From: PVC group bacterium
Lineage (GTDB): Bacteria > Auribacterota > Erginobacteria > Erginobacterales > Erginobacteraceae
Direction: 5' to 3'
Assembly: GCA_043804695.1 (NCBI GenBank)
Contig: JAZDIV010000080.1
Span: 1-37,933, forward strand
Length of the DNA stretch: 37,933 nucleotides
How positions within the stretch are numbered: the first letter of the stretch is position 1; the number at the start of each line of letters is the position of its first letter. Both the position numbers and the translations under genes were made by a program. Below the pieces are notes generated by a model. The model did no database searches, was not told the DNA's origin, and saw nothing but the letters and a program-made list of their open reading frames with translations. Positions 15,367 through 30,300 of the stretch are shown here, one piece after another.

Positions 15367-18300
15367 CTATTTCCCCTCGATCCAGACCGGGATCCCGATG
15401 GTGTCGTGGCCGCCGCCCCAGGTGACGCCGGTGCTGACCGGCGGCGTGTTCCAATACATGGCCCGCTCGATGATGAGAGGGATCTTGTTCGCGAACGGTT
15501 CCGTGGTCTCTTCGACGCGGGCGGAGATGGCGTTAATCTCCCCGAGGACGTTGTTGACATACAGGGTCTGGCGGGTGTTCGGGTCGATCGTCACGTAGGT
15601 GTTGATCGGCGGATCATTTTCAAAGTAGAAGGTGATGCGGGCCCGGGCGGTCCGCGCCGGGTCGGGGTTGGCCATCAGGATGTACTCATCGAAGATGTCG
15701 GTTGCCCCTTCCGGCAGGTACCAGACCGGGGCCGGTCTCACAGCCCCGATGCTGTCGTGCCCGCCGGCCCAGGGGATTCCCCCCGCCATCCAGTACATCG
15801 CCCGCTCGCACATGATGAACACCCCGTTGGTGGACTCCACGACGGCCGAGACGTGAGCCTGATATCCGACGAAGTTCTTCACCTCCATCGTGTACCGGGA
15901 GTGGGGCCCCACCGTCTCCGCCTGCTCCAAGATGATCCCGTCCAGATTCATCAGGGTTATCTTGATCTCGGCCTCCCGGTCCGGCGAGGGATTGATGACC
16001 AAAATGTACTCGTCGAAGAGATGGGTAGCCCCTTCCGAGAGGTACCAGATGGTCGAGACCTCGGTGGTCCCGAGGGAGGCGTGCCCGTCGATCCACTTGA
16101 TCGTCTCCGGCGGTTCCCCGGGGAAGGAGTCCCAGTACATGGTGCGGTCGGCGGCGACCGGGACGCAGCCGCTGGGCGGCCACTTGGCCACGATCGCCGG
16201 GTTCGGTTGGGGGAGGGACTCCACCATGGTGGCGAGCTGGTCCTGGCTGCCGGCGACCTCGTTGGCGTGGACGGTCCAGTTGCTCTCGGAGCCGATGAAG
16301 GTCTGGGCGGTGAAGGTGTCCCCGTACTTGTTCATGAAAGTGACCCGGACGTCGGCCGCGAAGTCCTTGTCCGGGTTGACGACGTGGATGAATTCGTCGA
16401 ATATATGGGTCGCTCCTTCCGGCAGGTACCACCTGGCGGATATCGTGTTGCTGCCCACGCTGTTGTGGCCTCCCCCCCAGGTGACCCCGCCGGCGTCCCA
16501 GTACATCGAGCGGTCAACCATGATTACCCGGTCGGTCAGGTCGTAGACGAGGAGGGAGACGGAGTCGTTCTTCTCTCCCCGGGTCCCCTTGAGCATGTCG
16601 TTCAGGTAGAGGGTGTGGCGTGACTCGGGGGAGACGATATCGTTGACCCGGCGGATCGGCCCCAGTTCGTCCAGCGCGGTGATTTCGATGTAAGCGTCAT
16701 CCGTGGTCGGGTTGGTGATTGAGACGTACTCGTCGAAGTCGAACCCGTTGATCTCGGTCCCGCCCGCCGCCACGTACCAGTAGGCGTACGAAGGGGTGGG
16801 GGTGGGGGTGGGGGTGGGGGTGACCGACGGGGACGGCGTTTTGTATCCTTCCGGAGTCGGGGTCGGCTTCGGCGTCGGGGTAATCTTCGGTGTCGGGGTT
16901 ATCTTCGGCGTCGGTGTTACCGAGGGCGTCGGCGTCGGGGTCCGGGTCTGTACCGGTGTCGGCGTGGAACTGGGGGTGGTCCAGAGAGCGTCCAGGTACT
17001 GGGTCGCCGTTTCGTGGTAGGTCCAGGCGCTGAACCAGGTCTGGCCGGGTCCGGTCCCGTAGGTCCACTGGGCCGCGTACCAGCGGTACTCCGGCATCCC
17101 GTAGATCTCCCGCCAGGCGCCGGTGGACCAGCCGATGGTGTAATAGGTATCGGGAACGGGGTTATTGCTGATCCAGAGGTAGAGGAAGCTGTGGTGAATC
17201 TGGTCCCGGTAATAGAAGTCGATCCGGGTCGGCGTCGGGACCGGCGTCTTGTACCCCGCCGGCGTCGCGGTGGGCATCGGGGTGGGGGTGGCGGTTTTAT
17301 ATCCGACCGGCGTCGGCGTTCTTGTCGGCATCGGGGGAGGCCGCGTCGGCGGAGGAACGATCGGCGTCGGGGTCCCGGTCGGCGTCACCGACGGGGTCGG
17401 CGTCACCGTCGGGGTAGGTGTCACCGTCGGCGTCGGGGTCGGGGAGGGGAGGGCGAGCGCTTCGTGGGCGCCGATGTTGAAGGATTCCTGCGGGGATTTC
17501 GTGACCGGCGGACCGGGGACCAGCGCTCCTGGACAGGTCGTCTGCGGCCGGGTGACCCCGTCCATGTCGTAGCCGCCGGCATAGCGGTAAGCGCCGGCGC
17601 AGATCAGGGGCGAGGTCCAGTGGATGTGATAGTTCCCGGCCGGGGCGTTGGTGAAGAGCGGATCGAGAGAGACATTTCCGTTGATCCCGTCATAGTCGCC
17701 GTCCTCGATGTCGCAGTAATAAACCATATCGGTCTGGACGCCGAAGAGGTCGTCCCCGTTGTTCCAGAGAATGTCATTGATCAGGAGAATGCTGTCATCG
17801 ACACTGTCAATCTCGATGCCCCCCCGTCCGCCGTCACCGGTATTGGCCGCGATGGTGCAGTTGACCACGACCGGGGCGGATGAGTTCATCGCGTAAAGGG
17901 CCGCCCCATGGCCGGACGCTCCGGTCGCGGTGTTGTTCCTGATCACGCAGTTGGAGATGAACGGCGAGGAGGCGTAGCAGAAAATTCCCGCCCCCGGGCC
18001 GTTGTAGTTCGCGTTCCGGATGGTGAAGCCGTCCACCAGGGCGCTGGAGATGCCGCTGAAAAGGATCCCCCGCCCCCCGGCGGCGTCGATGATCGTATCG
18101 CCGGCATACTCTCCGAGCAGCGCCATCCCTTCCTTCATCGAGATGTCCCTCTCAGCGTAGAACCCGGCCCGGACGATGATGGAGAGCGGGCCGGTGTTGT
18201 CCGCGATCGCCGCCTTGATCGAGGTGTAGTCCGCCCACCCGTCATCGTCAACGACTACTGTCTGGGGCGACCAGGCCAGGTTGGGATCGGTCCCGAACCC

Positions 18301-21300
18301 GTATTCGAGGTAATTGTTGATCCGGTCGTTGTCCGGGTCGCCCCCGGCCCCGTTGACCAGGAAGTAGAAGCCGTCGTCGGAGGGATCGATCAAGTGGTCG
18401 CTCTCCCATCCGTCCGGTGTGCTGTCCCCGTCGGAGTCGGGGTCGAGCAGGTTGGGGATGCCGTCCCCATCCCAGTCGTAGTTCCAGGTGGTGACGGCGC
18501 CGCCCGGGAAGTCGCTGTTGTGCTGAACGTTCCAGTAGCTGACCTCGTCCCCGTCCTCCAGGCCATCCCCGTCGGTGTCGACGGCGGCGGGGTCGGTTTT
18601 GTAGTACACCGCTTCCGCGCCGTCGGAGAGAGCGTCCCAGTCGGAATCCGGGTCGAGGATATTGACGATGTGGTCGCCGTTGTCGTCGCTCTCCCAGCGG
18701 TGGGGGTTGGCGGGGTTAGCCGGCCAGTCGACGTCGTGGACGGTGTTCCAGTAGGTCACCTCGTCAGAGTCGGTGAGGCCGTCGAAGTCGGTGTCCCGGT
18801 TGAGGGGGTCGGTCAGGTAGTAGTATTCCTGATAGTTGGTGAGGCCGTCCGGCTCCTCATCAATATTGGGATTCTGCCCGGTAGCCGCGAAGTACTTCAT
18901 CTCCCACCAGTCGGGGAGGGTGTTGTAGTCCTGGTCAACATACTCGTCGGCCCCGATATCGTAATAGTAATACCCGTCGATCCCCAGCCCGGTCACCGGC
19001 GCGGAGAGGTAGTTCCAGCGGGCGTCGCCCTCGTAGTCGTAAAGCATCGCCTTCCAGCTGGTGCCGGCATTGATATTTGGGTTGGTCTGCCCATAAAAGG
19101 TGCTCAGGTGGAAGTAACGGCTGTAAGCGTGATAGAAACCGGGTTCGGCGGAGATGTTGCCGTAAAAGCCGTTATAGTCGCCGTCCTGAATATTAGAGCT
19201 GGAGACCATGTTTGCGGTGGCCCCCTGCAGGTCGTCCCCGTTATCCCAGAGGATGCAGTTGGCGATCCGGGGCGATGCTCCGGAGGCGATATAGATGCCG
19301 CCGTAGTTGTTGTAGCCGGTGTTCTGGGCGATGGTGCAGTCAATGACGAGCGGGCGGGCGGCGGAACCGGTGATATAGAGAGCCCCGCCCCGCCCCGTCC
19401 CGACGGCGGCATTGTTGTGGATCATCAGGTTGCTGAGTGTCGGGGAGGCATTGAAGAGGTAGAAGGCTCCCCCGGACCCGCTGTTGGAAGCGTTCCTGAT
19501 CTCAAAGCTGTCGATCTTGGCGGTCTGGATGTTGAAGGCGCTGAAAGCCCTTCCGGCCCCCCCGGCGTCGATGACCGGCCGCTGGTAAGGGTCGGCGCCC
19601 ATCAGGGCGATCCCGTTTCGGGTCAGCTCCAGGTTAGACTCGTAATATATCCCCGCGGTCACCAGGACGATCGCCGGGGCGTTCGTCGTCTCCTTCCAGT
19701 CAAGAGCGTCCTCGATGGTGTCCCAGGCGGCGGCCCAGGAGGAACCGTTGCCGCCCGGCGCGGCGGAAGCGTCCACGTATCGGGTTTGAGGGGAGCCGGA
19801 ATTGAGCGGGTTGGTCCCGAAATAATATTCTTCCAGGTTGTTCAGGCGGTCCCCGTCCGGGTCGCCCACGCCGCCGCTCTGGATGTTGAACTGCCCGTAA
19901 TCGGCCGGGTTCAGGCTGTAGAAGACCTCCCACCCGTCCGGGCAGCCGTCCCCGTCGGAGTCCTGGTCGAGGAGGTTGACCACGCCGTTGCCGCCGCCGT
20001 AGTTGATGTCGGCGGACCAGTTCGACCAGCTGCTGGCGTTCCAGTAATCAACTTCGGAGCCGTCGCCGAAGTTGCCCTGAAAGCCGTCGTCGTCGGTGTC
20101 CGGGTCAAGAGGATTGCAGGTGACCGAGGAATATGGGGTGTTGGTGTAAACGTAAACTTCATCCCCGTCTAATAGGCCGTCATTATCAGTATCAGGATCA
20201 AGAGGATTGGTGCTCCCCTGATAATAGGTGATTTCCTCGCCGTCGGTGAAATGGTCGAAGTCAGTGTCCGGATTATTCGGATTAGTATAGCGATCGTACT
20301 CCTCGATGTTGGTGAAGGGGTTGCCGATGATACCGTCCTGGTCGGGGTCCTGCTGGTAGCCGTATCCCAGGTGTCCGAAGAATTGATATTCCCAGTAGTC
20401 GGGGAGGAGGTCGGTGTCGGTGTCAACGTACTCGTCCGCCCCGATGTCGTAGATGGTGGGTCCGGTAACCAGGGGATCCTTCCAGCGCGATTCGCCGTCG
20501 TAATCAGTCACGGGGATTATAACGCCGTCGGTTCCGCGATCGATGCAAGGAGAATAGGCGAAGTAATTGGAGATCAGGTGGAAATCGTATATGTATTCCT
20601 CGTTACCCATGTAGGCGAGCTTGTAAAACCTGGGATTGGCGCTCAACCCGCTTTGATCGCGGGCGCTGGCTTCCGTCCAGTCGTTGAAAGTGACCCGGTC
20701 GCCGTTCCAGTAGCCGACAGAAGCGTTCCCGGTGGAATAGAGGTCATTCCAATCCGAAGCGAATCCGCTCTGACTGGCGGCATCCACGTAAACCGCATGC
20801 TCTCCTGTCCCGATACTCCAGGATATATTATTTTTAAGATCATTGTTGGGAGAGTTCAGAAGGCGCAGGCCCGCGGTGGTGTTGTCGTAAATGGTATTGT
20901 TGTAAATTTCGCAGCGCTGCGCGGTATTGAGGAGGATGCCGGCGCCCCCGTTGAGGTAATCCATCGTATTCTGGATGCGGTTGTAGTCGCCGGTGACCTC
21001 GATCCCGTCGCCGCCGTTGGCATAGCTCTGGCAGCTGTTGACCATGTCATGCTCCCCGGCGATCAGGAGCCCGCTCCCTCCCGCGCCGGTAAAATCGATC
21101 CCCTGGACGATGGTGTAATAGCTGTGGATCTCCAGGAGGTGACTGACGAAGCCGTCCCCGGTCATGGTCGGGCGCCCGTTATACCCTTCGATATGGATCG
21201 GCAGCTCCTGGGTACCGGAATGGGCGTCCGTCACCGATACGGGACTCCCGGTGACGGTGAAATCGCCCCCGGCGTCCAGATAGATTCTGTCACCCTGCTC

Positions 21301-24300
21301 GAGAATGGTGCTGGTCAGCACATCCCGGAATTCCTGGGTGTCGGTTACATAGTAGTTGGCGGCGGTCTTGAATGTCCACCAGTTCGGGGAATCGGTGTCT
21401 CCGCAGAACTGGCTCTCGTTCGGAAGATCGGCGTCGTCCCGGGCTTTAACCTGCCAGTAATACCAGGTCCTGTTCGAGAGAGTCTGCAGGCTCCATTCCG
21501 GATCGGCCAGCCAATCGGACAACCGCAGGCCCGTTGCCGAGTTGAACGTGGAGACGATATCGAGCCGGAAGTAGTATGGCTGGGCATTCAAGCCGGCCAG
21601 TGCATCCTGGGCGGTCAGAGCGGAAAGGGTAAGGGCGCCGGGGTGCCCGATCGACCCGTTGTCGGGGGAAGCGCACCCGACGTTGGTCGGGTGGGAATTA
21701 TCGATCATAAAGCGCCCGCTGGCGCTGACGACTGCCGGGTCAGAGTCGTCCGAGACGCGGACCTGGCAAGTGTCTCCGTCGGGGTAGGCGGTGGTGTTCC
21801 AGACCGGGTAGGTGAAATCGCTCCAGGCTAACCCCGTGGCGATGGCGGTGAAGCTGGTACCGTCGGTAGCGTATTCGAGGCTGACGGTGTCCCCTCCCCC
21901 CCAGCCGTCCCCGACCGGAAGCCAGGCCAGGTCGTGGGAGCCGCTCCACTTCTCCCCGCCGACCGATCCGCCGTAGGGGGTGACCAGGAAGAGGGTGTCA
22001 AGCGAGGAGCGGGACGCCTCCGCGGTCCCCCCGGAGGCCCCCTGGTTGATGCGGTTCCCGTTGGGAGCGGTCTCGAGGAGGTAATCATCGTACGGATTTC
22101 CCGTGTTCAGGGAGGGGCTGTCGGCGGCGTCTGCGGCCCAGCTCCCAAAATGGTAGGACCCTTCGGTACTCTGAGGGTGGAAATCATCGTCGGCCCCGTG
22201 ATCACCCCCGATGATTCCGTCCGGCCCGGCCGGATCGACAAAGAGGGGATCCGCGCTCAGGCTGTGCTGGTCCTGGCGGCTGGCGATCTGCCAGGCGGCG
22301 AGCGTTGTCCGGGGGCCTCCCCAGTAGCCGAGGGTGGCGTTACCGTCGGCGAACAGGTTATTGAAGTCGGAGAACTGACTTGCAATGAAGAAGACACCAT
22401 AATTCCCGGTCCCGGAAGTCCAGACAGTGTTGTTCTTGGCCGCGCCGCCGGGGTCGTTGACATAAATTTCCTGGCCGGAGTTCTGGTAAAGAGTGTTGTT
22501 TTCGATCAAAGCGGACTGTCCGCTGAAAGCGGCGCCGTCCCCCAGGTTGCGGTAGACCAGGTTGTTCCGAAAGATGGCGGCCGAGGAGGAGAAGGAAGCC
22601 CCGGATTCCTCGTTGGAATAGATCGTGTTGCCGTCGGCCTCCGTCGAATTGGAATCGGAGACCGCCAGGCCTGAGTAATTGAGGAAGATGGCGTTCCCGG
22701 TGACGGAGAAACCCGGGCACTTGTTGGCCTGGAGCCCGGCATGGCTGGTCCGATACCCGTAGTTTTTCCCGATCAAATTTCCGGATATGATGGGGCCGGA
22801 GCAGTCTTGAAATTGAATCCCGCTAGTGATATTCCCGGTGATAAGATTACCGGAGATGGTTATCGCAGAACCTCCCGTGCCATAGATGCCAACCCCACCG
22901 GAAGTTATCGCGCCGGCGCTGCTCTGCCCGTTCCAGGTAATGGCGGAGTCGCGGACGGCGATATGATCCGCCTCCTGCAGACGCAGGCCGTAGTCAAGCG
23001 CCGAGGCTATCGCCAGTTCTTCCAGTTCCAGGTATTCGGCCTGATTGAGATAGATCCCGGTATTGACGGCGGCGTTCCCCCGCAGGAGCGAGCGGTTTGG
23101 AGAGCCGGTCAGGAAGACCGGGTTCCCCGCGATCCCGGAATCCGGGAGCCCGATCTCGACCGTGGCGGCGAGAGGATAGCTTCCGGTGTCGACGTAAACG
23201 GTGTCCCCCGGTTCCAGGTCCACATTGTCGATCAGGGCTTTCAAAGTCGCCTTGGGGCGATTGGGAAGGGTGCCGCCGTAGGAATCGCTCCCGATGGAGG
23301 TGGTATAGACATCGTCCTGAGTGCTGGTGTCGTTGACCCAGTAATTGAACCCCGTCCCGCCCGGCGAGCGGGAGGCCTGGTAGGTGTTCCCGTACGCGCC
23401 CAGGTTGATCCGCCCCCCCTTAGGGGAGGACTCGAGGGCATAGCGGAAGGCGGGGTCGCCCGCGTCGATGCCGGGCGAGACCGAGATGTCGGCGTCGGTC
23501 CAGGCCGCCCACCCCACCCAGCGCCCGTAAGGGCTTTGCAGGTGATAATCATCGGCCCCGGGGGCGAAGAGGGGGTCCAAACTCAGGCTGCCCCCGTCCT
23601 GGAGGGAAGCCCCCTGCCAATCGTTCAGGGTGGACAGGTCTCCCCCCCAGTAGCCGGTGTAAGCCGGGGCCGGTCCCAAAATATCGTTGTAATCCGAGGC
23701 AAAGTCGTCTTCGCTGGCGGCATCGACGTAGATCCCGTGGGCGTCGGTAGCCGCCGCCCAGAGGATATTGTTGCGCAGATAGCTGTGGGGGGCATTTTGA
23801 CAGATCACTTCCCCCCGGTTGTTGTTGTGCGAGGTGACGTTGACCACCCGGTTCCCTTCCCCCCCGTCGAGGGAGAATCCCGCCCCGGCGTTCCGGTAGG
23901 CGAGGAAGTTCACCAGTTGATTGGCATTCCCGGTGACCAGGACCCCGTCGCCCCCGTTGGCCCAGGACCGGCCCCGGAACACGATGTTATTGTCGCCGCT
24001 GACCAGCAAGCCGGCGCCGGTAGCCCTTGTGAAACTGACGTTATCCAGGATGGTGTTGTTCCCTTCCAGGATCAGGCAGTTGGCGATGGCGTTGTTCCCG
24101 TCCAGAATGACGCCCGGGCCGCTGCCGGCGATCCGAACGGGATAATAGTTTGAACCTTCATCTCCGGTTGAAATCGTGAGCGGGGAAGTGATGATGTAAG
24201 TGCCGGAAGAGACGTACACGGTGTCGCCGGGTTCGAGATCGCGGTTGGCAAGGATCCAGCGCAGGCCGGTGGTCGCGGCCTCGATGCTCGTGGCGTGATG

Positions 24301-27300
24301 CACCGCGCTGGTAGAGAACGTTCCGTAGCCGGCGGTGTCGGCATTGAAGCCGCAGAAGGTTGATTCGTTGAAGATTTCGTCCCGGGCTTTCACGCGCCAG
24401 TAATAAGTCTTGCCGGTGGACAGGCCGGGGCACCACATGTTGAGGGCGATCCAGCCGGAGCTGATTAAATCAGGCGGGGTGAAAGAAGGGTCGTTATCCA
24501 CCTGGAAGTAATAGGGAAGCGCGTGGAGGCCGACCAGGGCGTCCCGGGCGTCCCGGGCTCTTAAAGGCACGTAATCCGGAAGCCCGGTCTCCCCCTCCTC
24601 GGGCAGAAAGCAGGAGACGTTCCCGGGGGGGGTATTGTCGATCGTGAAGGTGCCGCTGCTGGCCTTGAGGCCCGTCGGCTCGCGGATGGAGATCTGGTAG
24701 GAATTGCGGTCCCCGCTGGCCGAGAGGGTATTCCACCCCGTGTACTGCTGGGTGGGGTAGGTTTCGGTGGAGATGGTGAAGAAGGAGGTCCCGCCGGTGG
24801 TGTATTCGAGGATGAGTGGGTCCCCGGAGACCCAGTCCTCTCCCACCGCGAGCCACCTGATGTTGTGGACGCCGTTCCATTTTTCTCCACCCAGGGGCTC
24901 CACCATGGCCAGCGTCTTGCGGTCGGCGAGCGACGCCTGGTCCGTCCCGCCGTAGGCCCCGATGTTGATGCGGCCGCCGCTGGGGCGCGGCTCGCCGGTG
25001 TAGTCCGAGCCGATCGGCTGGAAGACCCTCATGCCGGCTCCGGCGGCTTCGTCGATCCCGGAAACGCCCGTCAGGTTGTTCCCGGTCTTGCCGGTATAGG
25101 CGATGAAGTCCCCCCGGATTTCGACCGCGGAAGTCTGATCGAGGAAGTTGGCGGCGTCGGTGAGCTCGACGAAGGTCGATGAGGGATCGATCGGAGAGGC
25201 GAGGTACGAATCGGCGGTATAGATCTGCCCCAGGTTCAGCCCCGGGCCGGCGTTGGTGTCGGCGGTCCAGTTCCCGTCGTGGTAGCTCCCGAGGGGGGAT
25301 TGGACATGAAAATCCCCGGATTCCTTGCCGACAAAAACGGGGTTCAGGTTGAGGCTGGCGCCGTCCTGGGAACTGGCCAATTGCCAGGAGGGGAAGGTGG
25401 GTCGCTTCCCCATCCAGTAGCCGATGTTGGCCCCGCCGGTGGCGTAGAGGATGTTGTAATTGGAGGTGTAATCCCCGGGGTCGGGGAAGCGCTGGATATA
25501 AATGCAATAACTGGCGTCCGTCCCGGACGCCCAGAGAATATTGTTGACGATGGGAATCTGCGCGGAGGAAGAGTTTATGAATAATTCGTTGACGTTGCTG
25601 TAGCAGGTGTTGCTGATGATATATGAATTTGAACACCCGTTGAGATAAATCCCGTCCGCCTGATTTCCATGGGAGACGTTATGGGAAACGGTCGATAGGC
25701 TGGATTCTCTCAGGTAAAGTCCTTGTCCGCGGTTGGCGGAAAAGACATTTCCCGAGATCGTGGAAGCGGAACACAGATACAGATACATCCCCAGGCTGTT
25801 TCCGTCGCTGACATTATCGCGGATCGCCCCCGCCGTTCGATAGAGATAAAGGCCGATCCCGGCGTTGTCCCGGGCTGTGTTGCCGATAATCCGATTCTGA
25901 CCACTTACATAATAGCAATAAACCCCCATCCCCAGGTTGGAGATGCTGGAGTTATCTAAGAAGCTCAGAGAGTTCACCGAGAAAACATAAAAACCCTCCA
26001 GTAGGTTACTGTCGGCCCTGTTCCCGGAGATCAACGGTTCGTCCCCCGCGTTGTAAAGATGGAAACCGCGCCCATAATTGTAAGACGATGAATTATTGCG
26101 CAACGATAAACTTTGGCAGTTCAAGGTCAGGTAAAAACCATCGATCCCGCTGCCTCGGGCCTCGCAGTCCGCGATCGCGCAATATTGGGAAGAGGAGAGT
26201 AAGAAAGCGTATGAAGCGGCGTTGAAGACCTTGAGGCGGCTCAAGGTCACATAATGTTTAGCATTGAGATATAAGCAGATGGGCACCACGCCTTCAATAT
26301 CCAGGATGGTGGTGTTGGGCGAACCGGATATGGTCAGGGGATTACCCGCGCTTCCGGATGAGGGAAGGGAGATGGTCCCGGTGACCGTGTAGAGCCCGGT
26401 GTCCACGTAGACGGTGTCCCCGGCCGCGACCGTGTGCGCGTTGAAGACCGCTTGTAGGGAAGGCAGGGGATCGTTCGGCGAGGTGCCGGTATGCAGAGGC
26501 CAGGGGAGGCCGGTGGTGGCGCAGTAAAAATCCCAGTCGGGGGAGGAGTCGTTGACATAGTAATTATTCCCCGCCGCCGTTCCGGGGGAACGGGAGGCCT
26601 GCAACGTGTTGCCGTAGGCCCCGATGTTGATCCTTCCGCCGTTGGGGGCGGATTCGAAAGCATAGATAGACGCGGGGTGGCCCTTGTCCAGGCAGGGGGA
26701 GGCCTGGGTGTCGTCGGTCCAGGCGATCCCGTTCCATCTCCCGGCGGTGCTCAGGAGGTGGTAGTCGTCCGTTCCGGGGGCGAATAATGGGTCGGCGGAG
26801 ATGCTTGTCTGGTCCTGGAAGGACGCGCCGGTCCAGGCCGCGAAGGCGGCGGCGGTGGCGCTGTTCCAATAGCCGATGGCGGCCCCCGCCGTCGCGTAGA
26901 GGTCATTGTAATCGGATGACAGGCCGACCTGGCTTTCCTCCTCGACGTACGCCGCCACCCTCCCCGGGCTCCCGGCCCAGAGGATGTTGTTCTCCAGCGT
27001 GCAGTACGTCGAACCGACGCGGTGATCGGGTGCAGCGGGAACATAATCTTCCAGGAATACTTCCCGCGTTCCGTTGTTCGTGCAGGTATTATTCTCGATC
27101 AATCCGTGATGGGAAGTATAGAGGTGGATCCCGGCCAGGAGATTGTTGTACAGACGCATATTTTTGATCGTCACGTAATCGCCGGTAACCTCGATCCCGT
27201 CGCTCTGGTTGCCCCAGCTCGCCCCTCCCCAGAGCGTGTTGTGGTCGCCCGTGATCAGGACCCCGGAACCGGCGGCGTTGGTGAACTGGAAATTCTCTAT

Positions 27301-30300
27301 GCTGTAATAGTCGCCGCTGACCACCAGGCAGTTGGCGGCGGTCCCCCCTCCGTCGAGGATCACCTCGCCGTCGTAACCGACGATCCGCACCGGGGCTTCC
27401 GCGGACCCTTCGTCGGCGTCGGTGAAATCGAGCGGAGCGGAGAGGAAATACGATCCGGCGTCCACGAAGACGACGTCCCCGGAAAAGAGGCCGACGTTGT
27501 CGAGGATCCAGCGCAACCCGGTGGTGGCGCTCTCGATGTCGAGGGCGTGGTAGATCCCCTGGGTGCGGAATGTCCAGTAGGTTCCCACGGCGTCGGGATC
27601 GCCGCAGTAGCGCCGCTCGTTCCTGGGGTCGGCACGGTCGCGGGCATTCACTCTCCAGTAATAGCTGGTGTTGGCATTCAGCGCCGGGTGCCAGGTCGGC
27701 AATAGCCGCCACCCGGAATTTTGCAGGTCGGGCGAGTCGAAGGATGGGACGGTGTCGATCTGGAAGTAGTAAGGCGTCGCGTCCAGGCCGGCCGGGGTGT
27801 CCGTGGCGACCCGGGCGGTGAGGGTGGTGGAGAGCGATTCTCGGGGGCTGCCGTCGGGGGGGAGCCGGCAGCCGACGTTGACGGGAGGGGTGTTGTCGAC
27901 GATGATGAAGCCGCTGATGTCTTTGGCGTAGTAGGCCGGCCCCCCCTGGGCGGAGATCCTGACACGGTAGTCGGGATGGTCGTGGGGGGTGGACAGGGTG
28001 TTCCAGACCGCATAGGGGCTGGCGATATACGGAATCCCGGAGGTGATCTCGAAGAAGGAGGTCCCGTTGGTGGTGTACTCGATGTCCAGTTGGTCGGCGA
28101 TTGACCAACCGGCGCCGTAGACCGACCAGGAGATGTCGTGGCCCCGGCTCCACTTCTCCATCCCCAGGGGCGAACCCTGGGGCGAGTCGAGGGAAATGGT
28201 TTTGGTTTCGGTCGGCTGCGACCAGGAAGCTTCCGCCGTATTCCCGAACGCTCCCTGGTTGATCCTACCCCCGTTCGGGGAGGGCTCATTGGAATAATCG
28301 TCGGAGGCCATCCCCTTGTTTATTCCCGGGCTGTTGACGCCGTCGTTGGTCCAGACCCCGTTTTCGTATCTCCCCTCCCGGCTTTTCAAGTGGAAATCGC
28401 TCGCGCCGGGCTCGGCGAATTGAGGATTGGCGAAAGCGCTGTGGCCGTCCTGGCGGCTGGCCGATTGCCAGAGGGGAAGGGTGGAACGCCCCCCGCTCCA
28501 GTATCCGATGCGGGCGTTCCCGGTAGTATAGAAGAGGTTATAATCGGAGAGATAACCTCCGGTCGCCGGGTTGGAGAGCGCGAAATACAGAGCGCTGTTC
28601 CCCGTGCCGTTTGCCCAGAACACATTGTTTCGCAGGGTAGCTCGAGTTGAATCAGAGGGCAGGTAAACGCCCGCGATTCCCGTGTTCGCGAAAGTATTGT
28701 TTCTGATCAGGCAATCCGGGGAACTAACGAAATAAAGCCCAAGAGAGGTAGTCCCCTGGACGATATTGTTCGAAACCACCGATTCGCGGGAACGGGAGAA
28801 ATAAGCGCCATAAGATCCGGATAAGGTATTTCCCGAAACAACGGGGGCCGTGACGTCCTGGAGAAAAACCCCGTAGTAGTTGCCATAGCAGCGGTTATTC
28901 AGCACGTCGGAGGGGCTCGCGTAGAGGAAAATACCCGCGGAAAATTCGGAAATCATATCCCCGTTGGAGTAACAGAGGTTCCCGGAAAGAATATTGATGT
29001 CGGAGCATTTGTTAAGATAAATTCCGTGCTTCGTGTTGGAGTGGCACTCGTTGTTGTCAAGAATGCCGTTGCTGCATTGATAAAGGTAGATGCCGTATTC
29101 GGCGTTGCTGAAGCTGGAGTTGGACTCGACACGGGGCGCGGAATAAGCTTTATAGAGATAGATCCCCGATTCCTTATTTAGCAGGAAAGCGCTGTTCCGG
29201 ATCAGGATCCCGTCGGAGGTTGAAAGCGCCAGGCCGTTTGCTCCCGAGGCGGTGACGGCAACCCCGCAAACTCCGAAGTAATGGGAATTTGCAGCGGAGA
29301 TTCCATCGCCGGTGGCATTGATGAACTGGAGCTCGCTTAACTGGACATGGGGGGCGTTAATAACCCGGACGATGGAAGAAGCGGTATTTTGTCCGTCTGC
29401 GACGGTTCCTTCCGGAGAGCCGACCAGGGAGACCCTGTTGCCGGCGCTTCCGGCCGCGGTTACGTTGATGGGGGCGGTAACCTGGTAAAAGCCGGTGTCG
29501 ATAAAAATGTTGTCTCCGGGACCGATGGCGTGATGATCGAAAACGGCCTGCGCGGAATCCAGGGGACTGTCCGGCGCGGCCCCGTCGTGGATCGGCCAGG
29601 GCATCCCGATCGTCGAGCAATAATAATCGAAGGAATCATCCGCGTCGTTGACGTAGAAATTGCCGCCGGTTTTTCCCGGAGAGCGCGAGGCCTCCCGGGT
29701 GTTCCCGTAGGCCCCCAGGTTCGTCCGGCCGCCGTTGGGAGCGGTTTCGTAGGAGTACGGAAGAATCGGATCGCCGGCGTCGATCCCCAAAGACGTGTTC
29801 CCGTCGTTGGTCCATCCGATCCCCGGCTTGTAGGATCCGGCGACGCTCTGGAGGCGGTAGTTTCCCCCTCCGACGAAGAGGGGATTGTCGTTTAGACTGT
29901 GCCCGTCCTGGAGACTGGAGTTGGTCCAGTCGCTGAAGGCGGCTCGGGTGGCGGAATTCCAATAACCGAGGGAAGCGGACCCGGTGGCGTAGAGGTCGTT
30001 GTAATCGGAGCCGAAGCCGGTCTGGCTTTCGGGTTCCACGAAGAGGGCGGTCCGGCCCAACCCAATCCCCCAGAGAATGTTGTTGGCGATGGTGGCGGCG
30101 ATCGATCCGTTCGGCGGATTGTCCTCCAGGAAGACCTCCCGCGTCCCGTTCCCGGAGCAGGTATTGTTATAAAGCGAGGAATCGTGGGAGGCGGCGAGAT
30201 GGATGCCGGCGAGGGTGTTCCCGTAAGCGAGCATGTTCCGGACCGTGCAATAGGAGCCCTGGATTTCGATGCCGTCCCCGCCGTTGTTAAAGCTCCGTCC

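Noticed and set aside
16793..16821. (ggggtg)n as a G-quadruplex or contingency locus
   Set aside because: Explained by in-frame Thr-Pro codons; a 6-nt unit cannot shift the frame.
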